A stretch of 64,000 nucleotides of DNA from an uncultured virus (IMG/VR IMGVR_UViG_2786546795_000004) (Duplodnaviria; Heunggongvirae; Uroviricota; Caudoviricetes): IMG/VR virus record IMGVR_UViG_2786546795_000004. One strand, written 5' to 3'. Positions 38,308 to 48,229 of this stretch are shown in pieces (the stretch's first letter is position 1; each line of letters begins with the position of its first letter). Below the pieces are notes generated by a model, which did no database searches, had not been told where the DNA came from, and worked only from the letters and a program-made list of their open reading frames with translations. Made by a program: the position numbers and the translations under genes.

Positions 38308-39189
38308 ATGCTTTGGGCAAACGAACACAGACCATCATCCTTCGATGAACTCGTAGGTGGGGTTAAGGAGTTAGACCACCTCGCTGAGAATATGCAACAC
38401 CTCCTGCTTCATAGTAGGGGGGCTGGGACGGGCAAGACTACGCTTGCTCATGTCTTGGCTAACACACTTGGCTATCCACTCCATGTATTCAACGCTTCCT
38501 CTAAGAAAACTAGAGGTATAGCGTTTGTAGAGGAGGAGTTGATACCCCTTACACGCGCGGGTAACTACAAGCAAATAATCCTACTCGATGAGGCTGACCA
38601 ACTAACACCCGAAGCGCAGTCTGCGTTAAAGGGTGTAATGGAGAACGCGCAAGGCTTCTTCATACTTACCTGTAATGATATTAGGAAGGTTAGTAAGTGG
38701 CTTCAATCTCGCTGTTTAACCATAGAGTTCAGACCTATAGGCAGAGAGCCAATGATGGAGAGACTACAGTATATCTGTGGTGTCGAGGGGGTTACTATCA
38801 CCGAGAGTCAGTTAGGTATTATCTGTGATGCACACGAAGGCGACTTAAGAAATGCTATCAATGCACTTCAAGCCTTTGCTTCTTTCGATGAAGCCTACGA
38901 AGCATCTAACTTTATCCTCAGTCTTGTAGAAAGGGAGTTTGATGCTTCCTCCTTTCTCAAGTTGTGTATGGTAGAAAAGGATGAGATAATAGCCATACCT
39001 ATGCTCAAAGAGCAAGAAGCACGCGGTGCTATTCTTAAGGTGTTTGAATACGCTATGGAAAAAGCACCACTTTCACAACAAAAGAAACTCCAAGTAGTTG
39101 ACGCGGCTATCACAGCAGAGCGCGATGCCCTTAATGGTGTTAATGAAGATATTATTAAGGCAAACTTTGTGAGGATGCTGATAGCATAG
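38308..39189 (+). CDS. rfcS: Clamp loader (RFC small subunit-like)
   Basis: W...HRP..F.ELVG, GTGKTT, NAS, LDEADQLT.EAQ.AL, SRC, GDLR.AIN.LQ. Confidence 0.92.
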   Translation: MLWANEHRPSSFDELVGGVKELDHLAENMQHLLLHSRGAGTGKTTLAHVLANTLGYPLHVFNASSKKTRGIAFVEEELIPLTRAGNYKQIILLDEADQLTPEAQSALKGVMENAQGFFILTCNDIRKVSKWLQSRCLTIEFRPIGREPMMERLQYICGVEGVTITESQLGIICDAHEGDLRNAINALQAFASFDEAYEASNFILSLVEREFDASSFLKLCMVEKDEIIAIPMLKEQEARGAILKVFEYAMEKAPLSQQKKLQVVDAAITAERDALNGVNEDIIKANFVRMLIA

Positions 39190-39237
39190 TTTATATGTGT
39201 AGTGAAACTGCGGAGAGAATACAAAAGGTGAAGAAAC

Positions 39238-40410
39238 ATGAGTGAAGATATGTTAAAAAATATAGCCAAGACATTGAGTGTCGCGCCGGAAACGGTGCGT
39301 GAGAGGGCAGATGCTGTCCTCGCAGAACAGGGGCCAGCGTGGAAGAACGCAGGTCGCTCTGATGAAGACTGCTTCATCCTCGCATTGAGGGTAGCAGGAC
39401 GAAACATCACAAGCGAAAATGCCCGAATGCGCCGTGCAGGTGCTGATACATACGAAGGTATGTTCCTGTCTGTCCCACGCCCGAAGGAATGGGGTAAGAT
39501 ACTCTATAACAAGATGAAGAACCAATTGATGAACGCAAGTAGCGAAGTCCGACAGACTTTCGTTGATAACGGCTCTGTTGTTATCTTTGAGAATAACAAC
39601 GACGGAACTTACACAAAGCACCAAGCAGAACAGTATGGTATGACGGAGACTGATGTTTCCTCTATGCCTAACCACTCTATGCAATTAGATGCTAACACAC
39701 ACTTTTATGTAGTGTGGGATAAGAATAATGCAACCTTCCCAAGCGGAGATGCGAACTTCAAGTACGGTGCGCCACGCCCACAGGATGAGCGAGAGAGAAC
39801 TTCATTGTTCTTTGGTCGCCCACAAGGTACAACAGGTGAGCCACAAGTGTTTACTGTAAGTGGAAATGGAAAGGCGGCTGACCGTCAGTTCCCTACCTTT
39901 ACGCCATTAACTATACCTATGAAGACTGGTAAGAACAACAGATGCTACCTAAATGTGGATGTGTCTTTATCGTCTGTGGATGAAAGTCTTTCATCTATCT
40001 TTAGTGGCTCTCCTTTGGATATGCTACCTGCTATCATAGGCGACGATAATATGCTACCTAATCTCGGTGCGCTGGGTCAATACTACGACCAATACAACGG
40101 CACAGATGGATGGTGGGATAGAAACTGCGCTACTGTAGTGGAGGTAATACACATTGACCCACGCGAGAAGGGTGGTTCAATCCTTGTTTGCGGAGACACA
40201 GATATGACTTCTATGGCTGGAACTATAGATGTTTACTGCGACGATGTTCCTTCCTTTGGTGTTGGAACAAAACTTCTAATCTTGGGCCAAGTATGGCGTA
40301 GCCGAGAGGGTGAGGACCGCATGAGCGTAAACGGTTGGTGGGCTTTCGATGAGATAGCAGCACTGGCCCAGCCCGACTTTGAAGGAACCAACGACGGGTG
40401 GGAAGCGTGA
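39238..40410 (+). CDS. Putative ssDNA-binding (RPA-like, OB-fold) protein
   Basis: Helical N-terminus like archaeal RPA, OB-like C-terminal strands (GTIDVY...GVGTKLLILG.V), acidic tail; located in the replication module. Confidence 0.5.
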   Translation: MSEDMLKNIAKTLSVAPETVRERADAVLAEQGPAWKNAGRSDEDCFILALRVAGRNITSENARMRRAGADTYEGMFLSVPRPKEWGKILYNKMKNQLMNASSEVRQTFVDNGSVVIFENNNDGTYTKHQAEQYGMTETDVSSMPNHSMQLDANTHFYVVWDKNNATFPSGDANFKYGAPRPQDERERTSLFFGRPQGTTGEPQVFTVSGNGKAADRQFPTFTPLTIPMKTGKNNRCYLNVDVSLSSVDESLSSIFSGSPLDMLPAIIGDDNMLPNLGALGQYYDQYNGTDGWWDRNCATVVEVIHIDPREKGGSILVCGDTDMTSMAGTIDVYCDDVPSFGVGTKLLILGQVWRSREGEDRMSVNGWWAFDEIAALAQPDFEGTNDGWEA

Positions 40411-40691
40411 GTAAGGTTTGGAAGGCTATAGGAGACTTCGTTATTCTTGCGAAAGATGACGCTAAAAGTAACTCTGGTATTATCCTTGATACTGACTACA
40501 TTATAGTTGGTGTCGGTGGCTTTGTGCCTGTGGATATCGAGTGTGGAGATGGTGTCGCATTAATTGCGAATGCTGAACCCACTCTATTAGAGCCTTCCAA
40601 TCCTAACTCACCTATCGCTGTGCATTATAGTAACATATGTAGTATATCCATAAATAATTCTATGGAAGTAGGATATGTTTTAGAGGCTTGA
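40407..40691 (+). CDS. groES: Co-chaperonin GroES-like protein
   Basis: KAIGDFVIL......SGIIL....IVGVG.....I..GD.V; immediately upstream of groEL; GTGA overlap. Confidence 0.7.
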   Translation: MSKVWKAIGDFVILAKDDAKSNSGIILDTDYIIVGVGGFVPVDIECGDGVALIANAEPTLLEPSNPNSPIAVHYSNICSISINNSMEVGYVLEA

Positions 40692-40703
40692 GGTGTATAA
40701 ACC

Positions 40704-42254
40704 ATGAACACATTACTAACAGGCGCGGAAGCGCGCTCAAAATTACTTGTAGGAGTAAACAAAGTAGCAAACGCCGTCAAAGGAACATTCGGTCCTAATG
40801 CACGAACTGTAATCATACAGAACCCTATGGGTATGCCCGTCATTCTTAATGATGGTGTAACAATAGCGCGCGCGGTGCATGATACAGACCCGTATGTGCA
40901 AATGGGAATTGACCTATTGAAAGAGGTTGCTTCCGAAGCACAGGAGAAGTCCGGTGATGGAACTACGAGCGCGACTCTCATAGCACAGACGCTATGTAAT
41001 GGTTCGCTATCTTTGATGGAGAACGGCATATCGCCTCTTGTTATTAGGGATATGTTCAAGGACTTGTTAGAAAAAACAGAAACTTATATTGCCTCTACAG
41101 TAATAGAGGACTTTGACCTAACGGCTGTTGCTACAATAGCGGCTAACAATGATAGAGAACTAGGAGAGTTAATTGCTGATATCGTCAAGAGGAGACACGG
41201 AATAACAATCGAGAGGTCGTCTACGGGCGAAACCTATGTTAAGACAACAAGCGGTTTTGAGATGAATGCGGGTTATGCACACGCAGTAATGGCTAATGCG
41301 CCACGCGCAAAGTGCGAGTTTGATAACCCATTGGTTCTTACTACTACGGAAAAAGTAAATACATTTAATGCTTTAGTCCCCGCCCTTGAAATTGCTGTGA
41401 AGGAAAACCGACCCTTAGTAATTTTTTGTCCCGACTTCAATCCATCAATGCTACAGAATCTTTTGGTAAATATAGTTCAAGGCAAGGTATCTGTGTGTAT
41501 GGTTAAGCCCGCAGGTATGCCCGAACAACAGCAAGCATGGCTTGAAGATACAGCGGCGGCTACCGCGTCTAGGTTATTCAAGATATCTGTTAATGAATCT
41601 ATCGTAGAAGTAAAGAAGGAAGACTTGGGAACCTGTGATAAGTTCGTGGCTAGTCAGACTAATACTATTATTACACTAAAAGAAACAATTGAGTTAGAAA
41701 AATATATTAACAAATTAGAAGACTTAATAGATGATGCCGACAATAGTTGGCTACAAGAACAGTATTACAACCGAGTTAACAGACTCGGTAAGGGCATCTC
41801 CACCATTTATGTTGGGGGTGCTTCCGAACTTGAGCAGGTTGAAACTAAAGAGAGGGTTGATGACGCAGTTAATGCGTGCAAACTCGCTCTTAGTTCCGGT
41901 GTAGTCATCGGCGGAGGCGCAACACTTTTCCGCGCCGCAGAATACCTACAGGACATTACTCCTGTAAATGAGGATAATATAATCAGCGACTTATTTTACA
42001 GGGGTCTTAGCACCCCACTTGATACAATCGTGGAAAATGCCGGTAAAGGTATTCTTCCTCAGTATGGGGGTATTGGCGACTTAGATGTGGATAACACAGG
42101 GTATATCTGTGGTAAGACAGGCGAACACCGATGCGCTCTTGAAGATGGCGTGCTTGACCCTATACAGGTGGTCTTGAACAGCCTTGAGAGCGCGGTGTCG
42201 ATAGCAGCATTGGTGTTGATGACCGATGCGGCCATAACTGCGCCGGACCAATAG
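40704..42254 (+). CDS. groEL: Group I chaperonin GroEL-like protein
   Basis: G.EAR..L..GV...ANAVK.T.GP, NDGVTIA, GDGTT, VATIAANND, I.VGG.SE.E..E.KERVDDA, GV..GGG, GVLDP. Confidence 0.93.
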   Translation: MNTLLTGAEARSKLLVGVNKVANAVKGTFGPNARTVIIQNPMGMPVILNDGVTIARAVHDTDPYVQMGIDLLKEVASEAQEKSGDGTTSATLIAQTLCNGSLSLMENGISPLVIRDMFKDLLEKTETYIASTVIEDFDLTAVATIAANNDRELGELIADIVKRRHGITIERSSTGETYVKTTSGFEMNAGYAHAVMANAPRAKCEFDNPLVLTTTEKVNTFNALVPALEIAVKENRPLVIFCPDFNPSMLQNLLVNIVQGKVSVCMVKPAGMPEQQQAWLEDTAAATASRLFKISVNESIVEVKKEDLGTCDKFVASQTNTIITLKETIELEKYINKLEDLIDDADNSWLQEQYYNRVNRLGKGISTIYVGGASELEQVETKERVDDAVNACKLALSSGVVIGGGATLFRAAEYLQDITPVNEDNIISDLFYRGLSTPLDTIVENAGKGILPQYGGIGDLDVDNTGYICGKTGEHRCALEDGVLDPIQVVLNSLESAVSIAALVLMTDAAITAPDQ

Positions 42255-42284
42255 TTTATATGTGTAATAAAAGTAGTGGATAAT

Positions 42285-43232
42285 ATGAGTTGGGGAACAC
42301 AAGCAACCGAACAGACGAAACAACCTAAGACCGTAGAACCAGTAAATCGCTTTGATGAAGCGTATTACAGAAACCTATTTGAGAACAACCGCACTAATTC
42401 TATTACACATAGATGTGCGCTTGTAGGACATGAAAACACTCTCAAGACAGGACTTGCTCTATCATTCTTAGAACCCGAAATTGAGGCAGGAAAGTCTGTG
42501 TTTGTGTTTGATATAGACAACTCAGCAAAGGCTACTATAGACCACATACACCCTAACAAGGAGAATATAATAGTCCTACCGCTACATGATGAAACTGATG
42601 ACTCTATCTTTGATGAGAATAACAATGTATCTTACAAGGCACTACTTGATAAGACTTCGTACTATGTTAACATTCTTGCTGATAAGGTTAAGGAAGACCC
42701 CGAATCTATAGGGGGAGTAATCTTCGATGGTGGTTCTACTTTCCTAAAGTGGTGTGAACACGCTATGCGCGCCTCGCTACTTTCGCGTGGAGTCATTGAC
42801 GAGGAAGGCGACTCTTTCAATCAGAAAGAATGGCGAGAGCGTAACAGGCTTTACCGTAATGTTCTAACACGACTACACAGTCTCAATGTCGCTAAGGTTT
42901 ACTTTACCTTCCACCTAAAACCAGTCTCACAATACATGGATGACGGTACAGGTAAGAAGGTTCTAATGACCGTAGGACACAGACCGGAATGGGAGAAGGG
43001 GACTATGAGAAAGTTCTCTCAACAAATCTTCCTATCACGCTACATGAAGAAAGCAGACATGGCTGCGGGTATAGAGGGAGATAGAACCCTAAATGAAAAG
43101 GAGTGGGTAGTCAGAGCCAAGATAGAAGAAATGAAGGGTAGCCACATAGAAAAGGTAGGTTCCATCTATGATGTAGCCCGTATTGCCGACGGCAAGTTTA
43201 ACTTCATCGGCCTTGACTGGATGAAGGAGTAA
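42285..43232 (+). CDS. RecA-superfamily / AAA_24-type ATPase
   Basis: Variant Walker A LVGHENTLKTG, VFDID, Walker B VIFDG, FTFH; start ATG 42285, 30 nt after a class III box. Confidence 0.65.
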   Translation: MSWGTQATEQTKQPKTVEPVNRFDEAYYRNLFENNRTNSITHRCALVGHENTLKTGLALSFLEPEIEAGKSVFVFDIDNSAKATIDHIHPNKENIIVLPLHDETDDSIFDENNNVSYKALLDKTSYYVNILADKVKEDPESIGGVIFDGGSTFLKWCEHAMRASLLSRGVIDEEGDSFNQKEWRERNRLYRNVLTRLHSLNVAKVYFTFHLKPVSQYMDDGTGKKVLMTVGHRPEWEKGTMRKFSQQIFLSRYMKKADMAAGIEGDRTLNEKEWVVRAKIEEMKGSHIEKVGSIYDVARIADGKFNFIGLDWMKE

Positions 43233-43237
43233 TCCTC

Positions 43238-44071
43238 ATGCCTATAATTGTAGAAACGGACTCTCTAAAGTGGTTGCTTACTCTGATGCAGAGAAAACAA
43301 ACCATTGACGGTAAAAGTATTTCGCAGGTACACTCGCTTTCTTTGAAGGCAGAGGGTAGTAGGCTTATCGCTTGCACGCGAGTAAAGGACGGTGTTACAT
43401 CTCTGATGCGCCTGTCTATTCCTTGTGCTGGCGAGGGCGAGTTTGTCCTTACAGATATTGAGGCCGCTCTTGGAGTTCTCAAGTATCATGGTGGGACGCT
43501 TAACATTATACCAACCCAAGACAAGGTTAAGTTCAAGTCTAGGGGTAAACAAACTACTATTTCGGCTAATAAGGAAGCGAGGGCATTTCCTCATACACCG
43601 GAAACTATCGCTCTGTGGACTGAGAAATCATATAGTCTTGCGGAAAAAATAAATGTAGACGATATGCAATATACAACTAATGACGGAGATTCTATAGATG
43701 TAGTCCTTTCCCTATCTGACCTCAGCAGTAACACTCTTTACGAGGCATTTAGGTGCGACTCTATGAATAACCAAAAGTTTAACAAATATACTATGCAATA
43801 CTCTGATGGTAAATTAGACATAACAGTAGGAGATGAATTAAAAGGTAAAACTACTACAAGGATAAACGAGGTTCTATTTTCCTATATAGAAGACCCCACT
43901 GTAATTAATCTTACGGCTACTTACAACGGTGGCCTTGAGCATATCTTCCATCACCTCAATAACGACGTTAATATCGGTGTATGGGACTTTACTGCTGTTG
44001 GTATGGGATATCCTATGCTCATCACTCTTGGCGATGGAGACTTCATATTCCAAGTATCAAATGAGGCATAG
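43238..44071 (+). CDS. Putative sliding clamp (PCNA/beta-clamp-like)
   Basis: 277 aa with a repeated alpha/beta pattern, encoded between the clamp loader and PolB; fold inferred. Confidence 0.5.
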   Translation: MPIIVETDSLKWLLTLMQRKQTIDGKSISQVHSLSLKAEGSRLIACTRVKDGVTSLMRLSIPCAGEGEFVLTDIEAALGVLKYHGGTLNIIPTQDKVKFKSRGKQTTISANKEARAFPHTPETIALWTEKSYSLAEKINVDDMQYTTNDGDSIDVVLSLSDLSSNTLYEAFRCDSMNNQKFNKYTMQYSDGKLDITVGDELKGKTTTRINEVLFSYIEDPTVINLTATYNGGLEHIFHHLNNDVNIGVWDFTAVGMGYPMLITLGDGDFIFQVSNEA

Positions 44072-44073
44072 GT

Positions 44074-44352
44074 ATGATTATACACGACAAAGGTTTAGTT
44101 AGGAAAATGTCTTCATCTTCTGATGGTCTGCGTCATCTTTTTCGTATATGTGGAGACTTCCCTTCTAGTGGTCCGTTTACTATTACTTGGAAAGATGACG
44201 AGGGCATAAACTATGTCGCATCAATCAATGTGCGCGCAGAACTGGATGTTGATTATGATAATCTATTTATGTTACCCGATGAGAAAAGGGAACGCGAAAA
44301 GATTATAAGCGAAGAAACAGGACAGGAGAACGAAGGCGAGGACTGGGCATGA
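44074..44352 (+). CDS. Hypothetical protein
   Basis: 92 aa ORF in operon. Confidence 0.6.
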   Translation: MIIHDKGLVRKMSSSSDGLRHLFRICGDFPSSGPFTITWKDDEGINYVASINVRAELDVDYDNLFMLPDEKREREKIISEETGQENEGEDWA

Positions 44353-44504
44353 ATAAAGTAGCACCATATATGATATGTGAAAAGTGTAGTCAGAAGTTCT
44401 GTTTTGTGTTTCTCGATAGTATAGAAGAAGGAGAAATATACGAATGCGAGTTCTGTAATCATATTGTTCTTATACGCGATAATACTTGGACGGATGGTGC
44501 ATGA
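44349..44504 (+). CDS. Zn-finger microprotein (51 aa)
   Basis: MNKVAPYMICEKC...YECEFC...; ATGA overlaps at both ends. Confidence 0.7.
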   Translation: MNKVAPYMICEKCSQKFCFVFLDSIEEGEIYECEFCNHIVLIRDNTWTDGA

Positions 44505-46729
44505 TAATTGAGCGGGGAAAGGGTAGAGAAATCTTAATTAGAGGCCGCGACTCTCATGGAAAAAGATATGAAAAAAGTATTAAAGGTCATTGGCCGTATT
44601 GCTTTGTAAAAACCGAAGACTCCCAATATGTTTCTGAGGCAATCAGAAGGGAAGATGGTTACACCGGACTATACGGTGAAGAACTCACTAAGATAATCTG
44701 TGCTACTGACTACGATGTAAAGCAGGTAGCAAAGAGAGAGCAAACATGGGAGGCTAATTTGCCTTACCCTAACCAAGTTCTAGCAGACCATATTAACGAG
44801 GGCAACGAGCCTATCCAAAACTATAAACATCGCACTTGGTATCTCGATGCCGAGTGGTCGCCAGCAACTAACAAACTAAGATGTATTGTAGTGTATGATA
44901 ACTTTACTGAAAAAGAATATGTTTGGTTTGTTCAACCATCTCTTGAAGGACTAAAGGATGGCGTAGGTAAAGAGTATTCTGAGTATGGGGACTACAAATA
45001 CGAAACGCCAGCACTTGCATTCCCTACTGAACACTCCATGTTGATACATTTTATGAGGCACATGAAGTTGTGCGACCCCGACATAATTACTGGTTGGTAT
45101 GTTGTGGGGGCAGACATAAAACAAATCATGGAGAGGTGCAGAGCAAATGGTCTATCGGAATTGATGCTTTCTCCTATGAGAAAGGTCAGATATGAGTTCA
45201 AAGACTGGGCGCAACCTATCGTTGGTAGGAACTGCATAGACTTGATGCTTGCAGTATCTAAGTTGTGGGAACTGAAAAACGGAAAACTACCTTCTTACAA
45301 ATTAGATGATGTAGCCCACGAAATCTTAGGGGAAAAGAAAGTCGAGTTGGAAGACGGACACGACACATGGTTTAGCGACACACCGCTGTATATACACTAC
45401 TGTAGGCAAGATGTTAGGTTACTACCTAAGTTAGACGAGGCAGTCAATGCTCTCGACTACTATACATCTCTACAACACATTGTCCAATGCGATATTCGCT
45501 CAACTCCCTTTATCACCAAGATGTTCTCACAGTTAGTTCTAACGGACCCCGACTTCGACAAAAGGCTACCGTCAAAACCACAGTTCGACAAGGTTAATTA
45601 TGAAGGCGCAGATATCTTAGAGGTCAACTCAGCCGTGTATGATAATGTGGGTATCTTAGATATTCGCGCTATGTATCATAGTAATGCCGATAAATATAAC
45701 ATCTCATGGGACACTCTCGATGAGAACGGACAGGACTGCGGTAACGGGACTAAGTTCTCCCAAGAGAACAAGGGTCTTCTAGTCAGACAGATGGATAAAA
45801 TGACTGCCTTAAGAAATGTTTTCAAGGTATCAATGTTTGTGAGTGACGGGGCCGAGAAAAGAAAGTGGGACTGTATGCAGTTTGCCGCTAAGACTCTCGT
45901 TGCTTCTATGTATGGAGTAGCAGGAGATGCTAAGTATGGTCTGTATCATCCCGATATAGCCGCCGCTATTACATACACCTCAAGACAGACATTAGGTGAG
46001 TTAATGGTAGAAGCGCAGCGCGTAGGGTTTGATGTAATCTATGGTCATACAGACTCTGTATTCTGCACTATACCAAATCCCGAAAAGGGCTTGGAACTTT
46101 TACCGTCAATCAATGAAAGAATGAGTCCTATTGAAGTAGAGTTTGAGAAATGGTGTCCGCGACTTATCATGGTTGCTAAGAATCGTTATACAGGTATGGT
46201 AACATGGGCAGATGGTGAGTATCAAGAACCACAACTTTATGTTAAAGGTATTGAAATGAAGCAGTCAAGAATGCCTCCGGTGATGAAACAGGCTATGAAT
46301 AACACCATAACGGGTATACTTGAGGGCAAATCTGAAATCGCTATCACAGCGCGAAATCAATCTCTAATTGACTCTATAATGGGGGGTAAAATAGACCCAC
46401 TAGAATTGTGTATGAAGGGCAAGATAGAGCGCGACCTTTCTAACTACAAAGTTCTCTCCGGCTCGTCTGCTGGGGCTGCTTGGGCCAACGAAAATCTTGG
46501 TAAGGGCTATCGCAAAGGTTCATTCTTCCTAGTAAGTATTAACGATAAAGGTAAATATATTGCTTTTGATAATCCGGAAGAACTTGAAGGTATAACTAAG
46601 ATAGGAAATAAAATCCTTGTAGATAGATTTATCATAAAAAAACTAACCCCGTATTATGAATTGGCTAATTGGGACACCCAACCACTTGAAAATGTAAAAA
46701 ATGGTCTTGGTGATGTTTTGTGGATATAG
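44501..46729 (+). CDS. polB: Family B DNA polymerase
   Basis: Exonuclease motifs LDAEW, GW...ADI, YCRQDV; polymerase motifs LDIRAMYHS, KTLVASMYG, YGHTDS, KNRY, KGIE; start ATG 44501. Confidence 0.95.
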   Translation: MIIERGKGREILIRGRDSHGKRYEKSIKGHWPYCFVKTEDSQYVSEAIRREDGYTGLYGEELTKIICATDYDVKQVAKREQTWEANLPYPNQVLADHINEGNEPIQNYKHRTWYLDAEWSPATNKLRCIVVYDNFTEKEYVWFVQPSLEGLKDGVGKEYSEYGDYKYETPALAFPTEHSMLIHFMRHMKLCDPDIITGWYVVGADIKQIMERCRANGLSELMLSPMRKVRYEFKDWAQPIVGRNCIDLMLAVSKLWELKNGKLPSYKLDDVAHEILGEKKVELEDGHDTWFSDTPLYIHYCRQDVRLLPKLDEAVNALDYYTSLQHIVQCDIRSTPFITKMFSQLVLTDPDFDKRLPSKPQFDKVNYEGADILEVNSAVYDNVGILDIRAMYHSNADKYNISWDTLDENGQDCGNGTKFSQENKGLLVRQMDKMTALRNVFKVSMFVSDGAEKRKWDCMQFAAKTLVASMYGVAGDAKYGLYHPDIAAAITYTSRQTLGELMVEAQRVGFDVIYGHTDSVFCTIPNPEKGLELLPSINERMSPIEVEFEKWCPRLIMVAKNRYTGMVTWADGEYQEPQLYVKGIEMKQSRMPPVMKQAMNNTITGILEGKSEIAITARNQSLIDSIMGGKIDPLELCMKGKIERDLSNYKVLSGSSAGAAWANENLGKGYRKGSFFLVSINDKGKYIAFDNPEELEGITKIGNKILVDRFIIKKLTPYYELANWDTQPLENVKNGLGDVLWI

Positions 46730-46764
46730 AACAGTTTATATGTGTGATTAGGAGTGTATGAAAT

Positions 46765-47070
46765 ATGGCTAAGAAAGTTGAACAAGAACAGTTTGAGAGA
46801 TTCGTTCAAGAAGTATCTCAAGTAATAACTATAATGGGTGCAGATGTAATGAAGATGCAAAGTATGATGTATAATCTTCTCGATGAACTAGGCAAGGTAG
46901 AGAAACCAGTCTGTGTCGCTTGTAAGGAAGTATTGATAATACCCGTTATCAAGGGAATAGAGAAAAGTGATATTTGCCCTGCTTGTGGAGAAAACATATA
47001 TGGTTCCGGCCAAACAACATTTGAGTCGTGGGATGACGAAGGTGTAAGTGTTGGTGGCGAAGAAGAATGA
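46765..47070 (+). CDS. Coiled-coil plus Zn-ribbon protein
   Basis: CVAC...CPAC; class III promoter 30 nt upstream. Confidence 0.75.
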   Translation: MAKKVEQEQFERFVQEVSQVITIMGADVMKMQSMMYNLLDELGKVEKPVCVACKEVLIIPVIKGIEKSDICPACGENIYGSGQTTFESWDDEGVSVGGEEE

Positions 47071-47225
47071 GCGCAAGAGATGTTTGTTGGTGGTGTGGGG
47101 GCAAACTCATTTGGTCAGCAGACCACGATAAAGAAGATTTGATGGGCGAAGAAGGTATAGTAACACACCTACATTGTTCTTCGTGTAACGCATTTGTTCA
47201 ATATATTTCACAGGAGGAGGAATGA
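47067..47225 (+). CDS. Zn-finger microprotein (52 aa)
   Basis: MSARDVCWWCGGKLIW...LHCSSC; ATGA overlaps at both ends. Confidence 0.75.
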   Translation: MSARDVCWWCGGKLIWSADHDKEDLMGEEGIVTHLHCSSCNAFVQYISQEEE

Positions 47226-48082
47226 ATATGCGAGCAACACCCGAACAATCGGCAGCATCCTCCTACGACCCCACCAAAGGAACAGGCATCTTACGCATAA
47301 GTAAGTCTTCCTTGATGGGGTACAAGATGTGCCCACGACAATTTTACTGGGGATATGTAGCGGATATACCGCGTCCCCCCGCTACTGAGGAGATGATACG
47401 CGGAACTCACATTCACACGGTAATGGAAGCAGGTTTGCTTCAAGGACCGGATATGATGTTACCTACTGCTATAGAGCAAGGTGTGGAGGAAGACGAAGGT
47501 GTTGACTCTATGAACTTACTTCTTCATCAGATAGCACACGACATAGGTGGGTTTGATGTAGTGGAGGCTGAGGTAAAGCATGAAGTGTTTGAGATATTTG
47601 ACGGACATGAAATAATATGGGTAGGTCTTATTGATGGTGTGTTACGCCATCCCGACACAGGTGGTCTTATTCTTGTGGAACTCAAAACTGGTAATATGAA
47701 CATGGGTAAGTTAGGTAGGACTAGAAAGGAGTTGGTGTATTATGCGCGACTCCTCCGTAACTTAGGTTATGATGAAGTAACTCATTTCCTATACATTACA
47801 CCCGACTACGAGATGCCCATTGATAAAGACGATAAACTTCTGCTTGAGGGCAACAAGAGAGGAAAGACTATGTGGCTCGGACCGGAGAAAGGTTTTGCTC
47901 TTTTAGAGCCGTTTTTAGAAAGGTCTTATAATGCCTTTGAGGAATCCTTATACGACACTATAGAATCATTAACATCCCACCAATGGACTATGAAATGGAA
48001 TGACTATTTCTGCCCTATGTGGTGTGACTTCTCGCTGAATTGCGAGGCTGAATTAAATGGTATAAGTGGGTGGGAAGTGTGA
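47222..48082 (+). CDS. Cas4-like PD-(D/E)XK exonuclease
   Basis: SKSS...Y..CPRQF, GT.IH, E, G.IDG, VELKTG, YY and C-terminal C...C....C Fe-S-type staple. Confidence 0.85.
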   Translation: MNMRATPEQSAASSYDPTKGTGILRISKSSLMGYKMCPRQFYWGYVADIPRPPATEEMIRGTHIHTVMEAGLLQGPDMMLPTAIEQGVEEDEGVDSMNLLLHQIAHDIGGFDVVEAEVKHEVFEIFDGHEIIWVGLIDGVLRHPDTGGLILVELKTGNMNMGKLGRTRKELVYYARLLRNLGYDEVTHFLYITPDYEMPIDKDDKLLLEGNKRGKTMWLGPEKGFALLEPFLERSYNAFEESLYDTIESLTSHQWTMKWNDYFCPMWCDFSLNCEAELNGISGWEV

Positions 48083-48087
48083 TAGGT

Positions 48088-48225
48088 ATGAAGTGTCTTG
48101 CTTGTGGTTCAGATGACCTTTGGGAAGGTTGGGAGGAAGTTTGGAGAGTAAACGGACAGGAAGGTAGTTCGCCGGAACTTATTGTTCTTTGGGCTTGTGA
48201 ATGTGGAAGTCACCAAACGGAGTGA
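48088..48225 (+). CDS. Zn-finger microprotein (45 aa)
   Basis: MKCLACGSDD...WACECGSHQTE; fills the gap between nuclease and primase. Confidence 0.7.
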   Translation: MKCLACGSDDLWEGWEEVWRVNGQEGSSPELIVLWACECGSHQTE

Positions 48226-48229
48226 TATA

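Larger units (their letters stand above)
37480..46745 (+). promoter_or_regulatory. Class III promoter family AGTTTATAT(GTGT) in the replication module
   Basis: Copies at 37480, 38277, 39188, 42253, 46733; ATG 29-30 nt after TTTATA in four cases. Interval marks the span of dispersed sites. Confidence 0.85.

Noticed and set aside
44501..46729. Inteins or introns in PolB, TerL or MCM
   Set aside because: Lengths and motif spacing are compact with no intein blocks or homing endonuclease.
47222..48082. Cas4 as evidence of a CRISPR-Cas system
   Set aside because: A solo Cas4-like nuclease in a replication operon is common in archaeal viruses; no cas1/cas2 or array is present.
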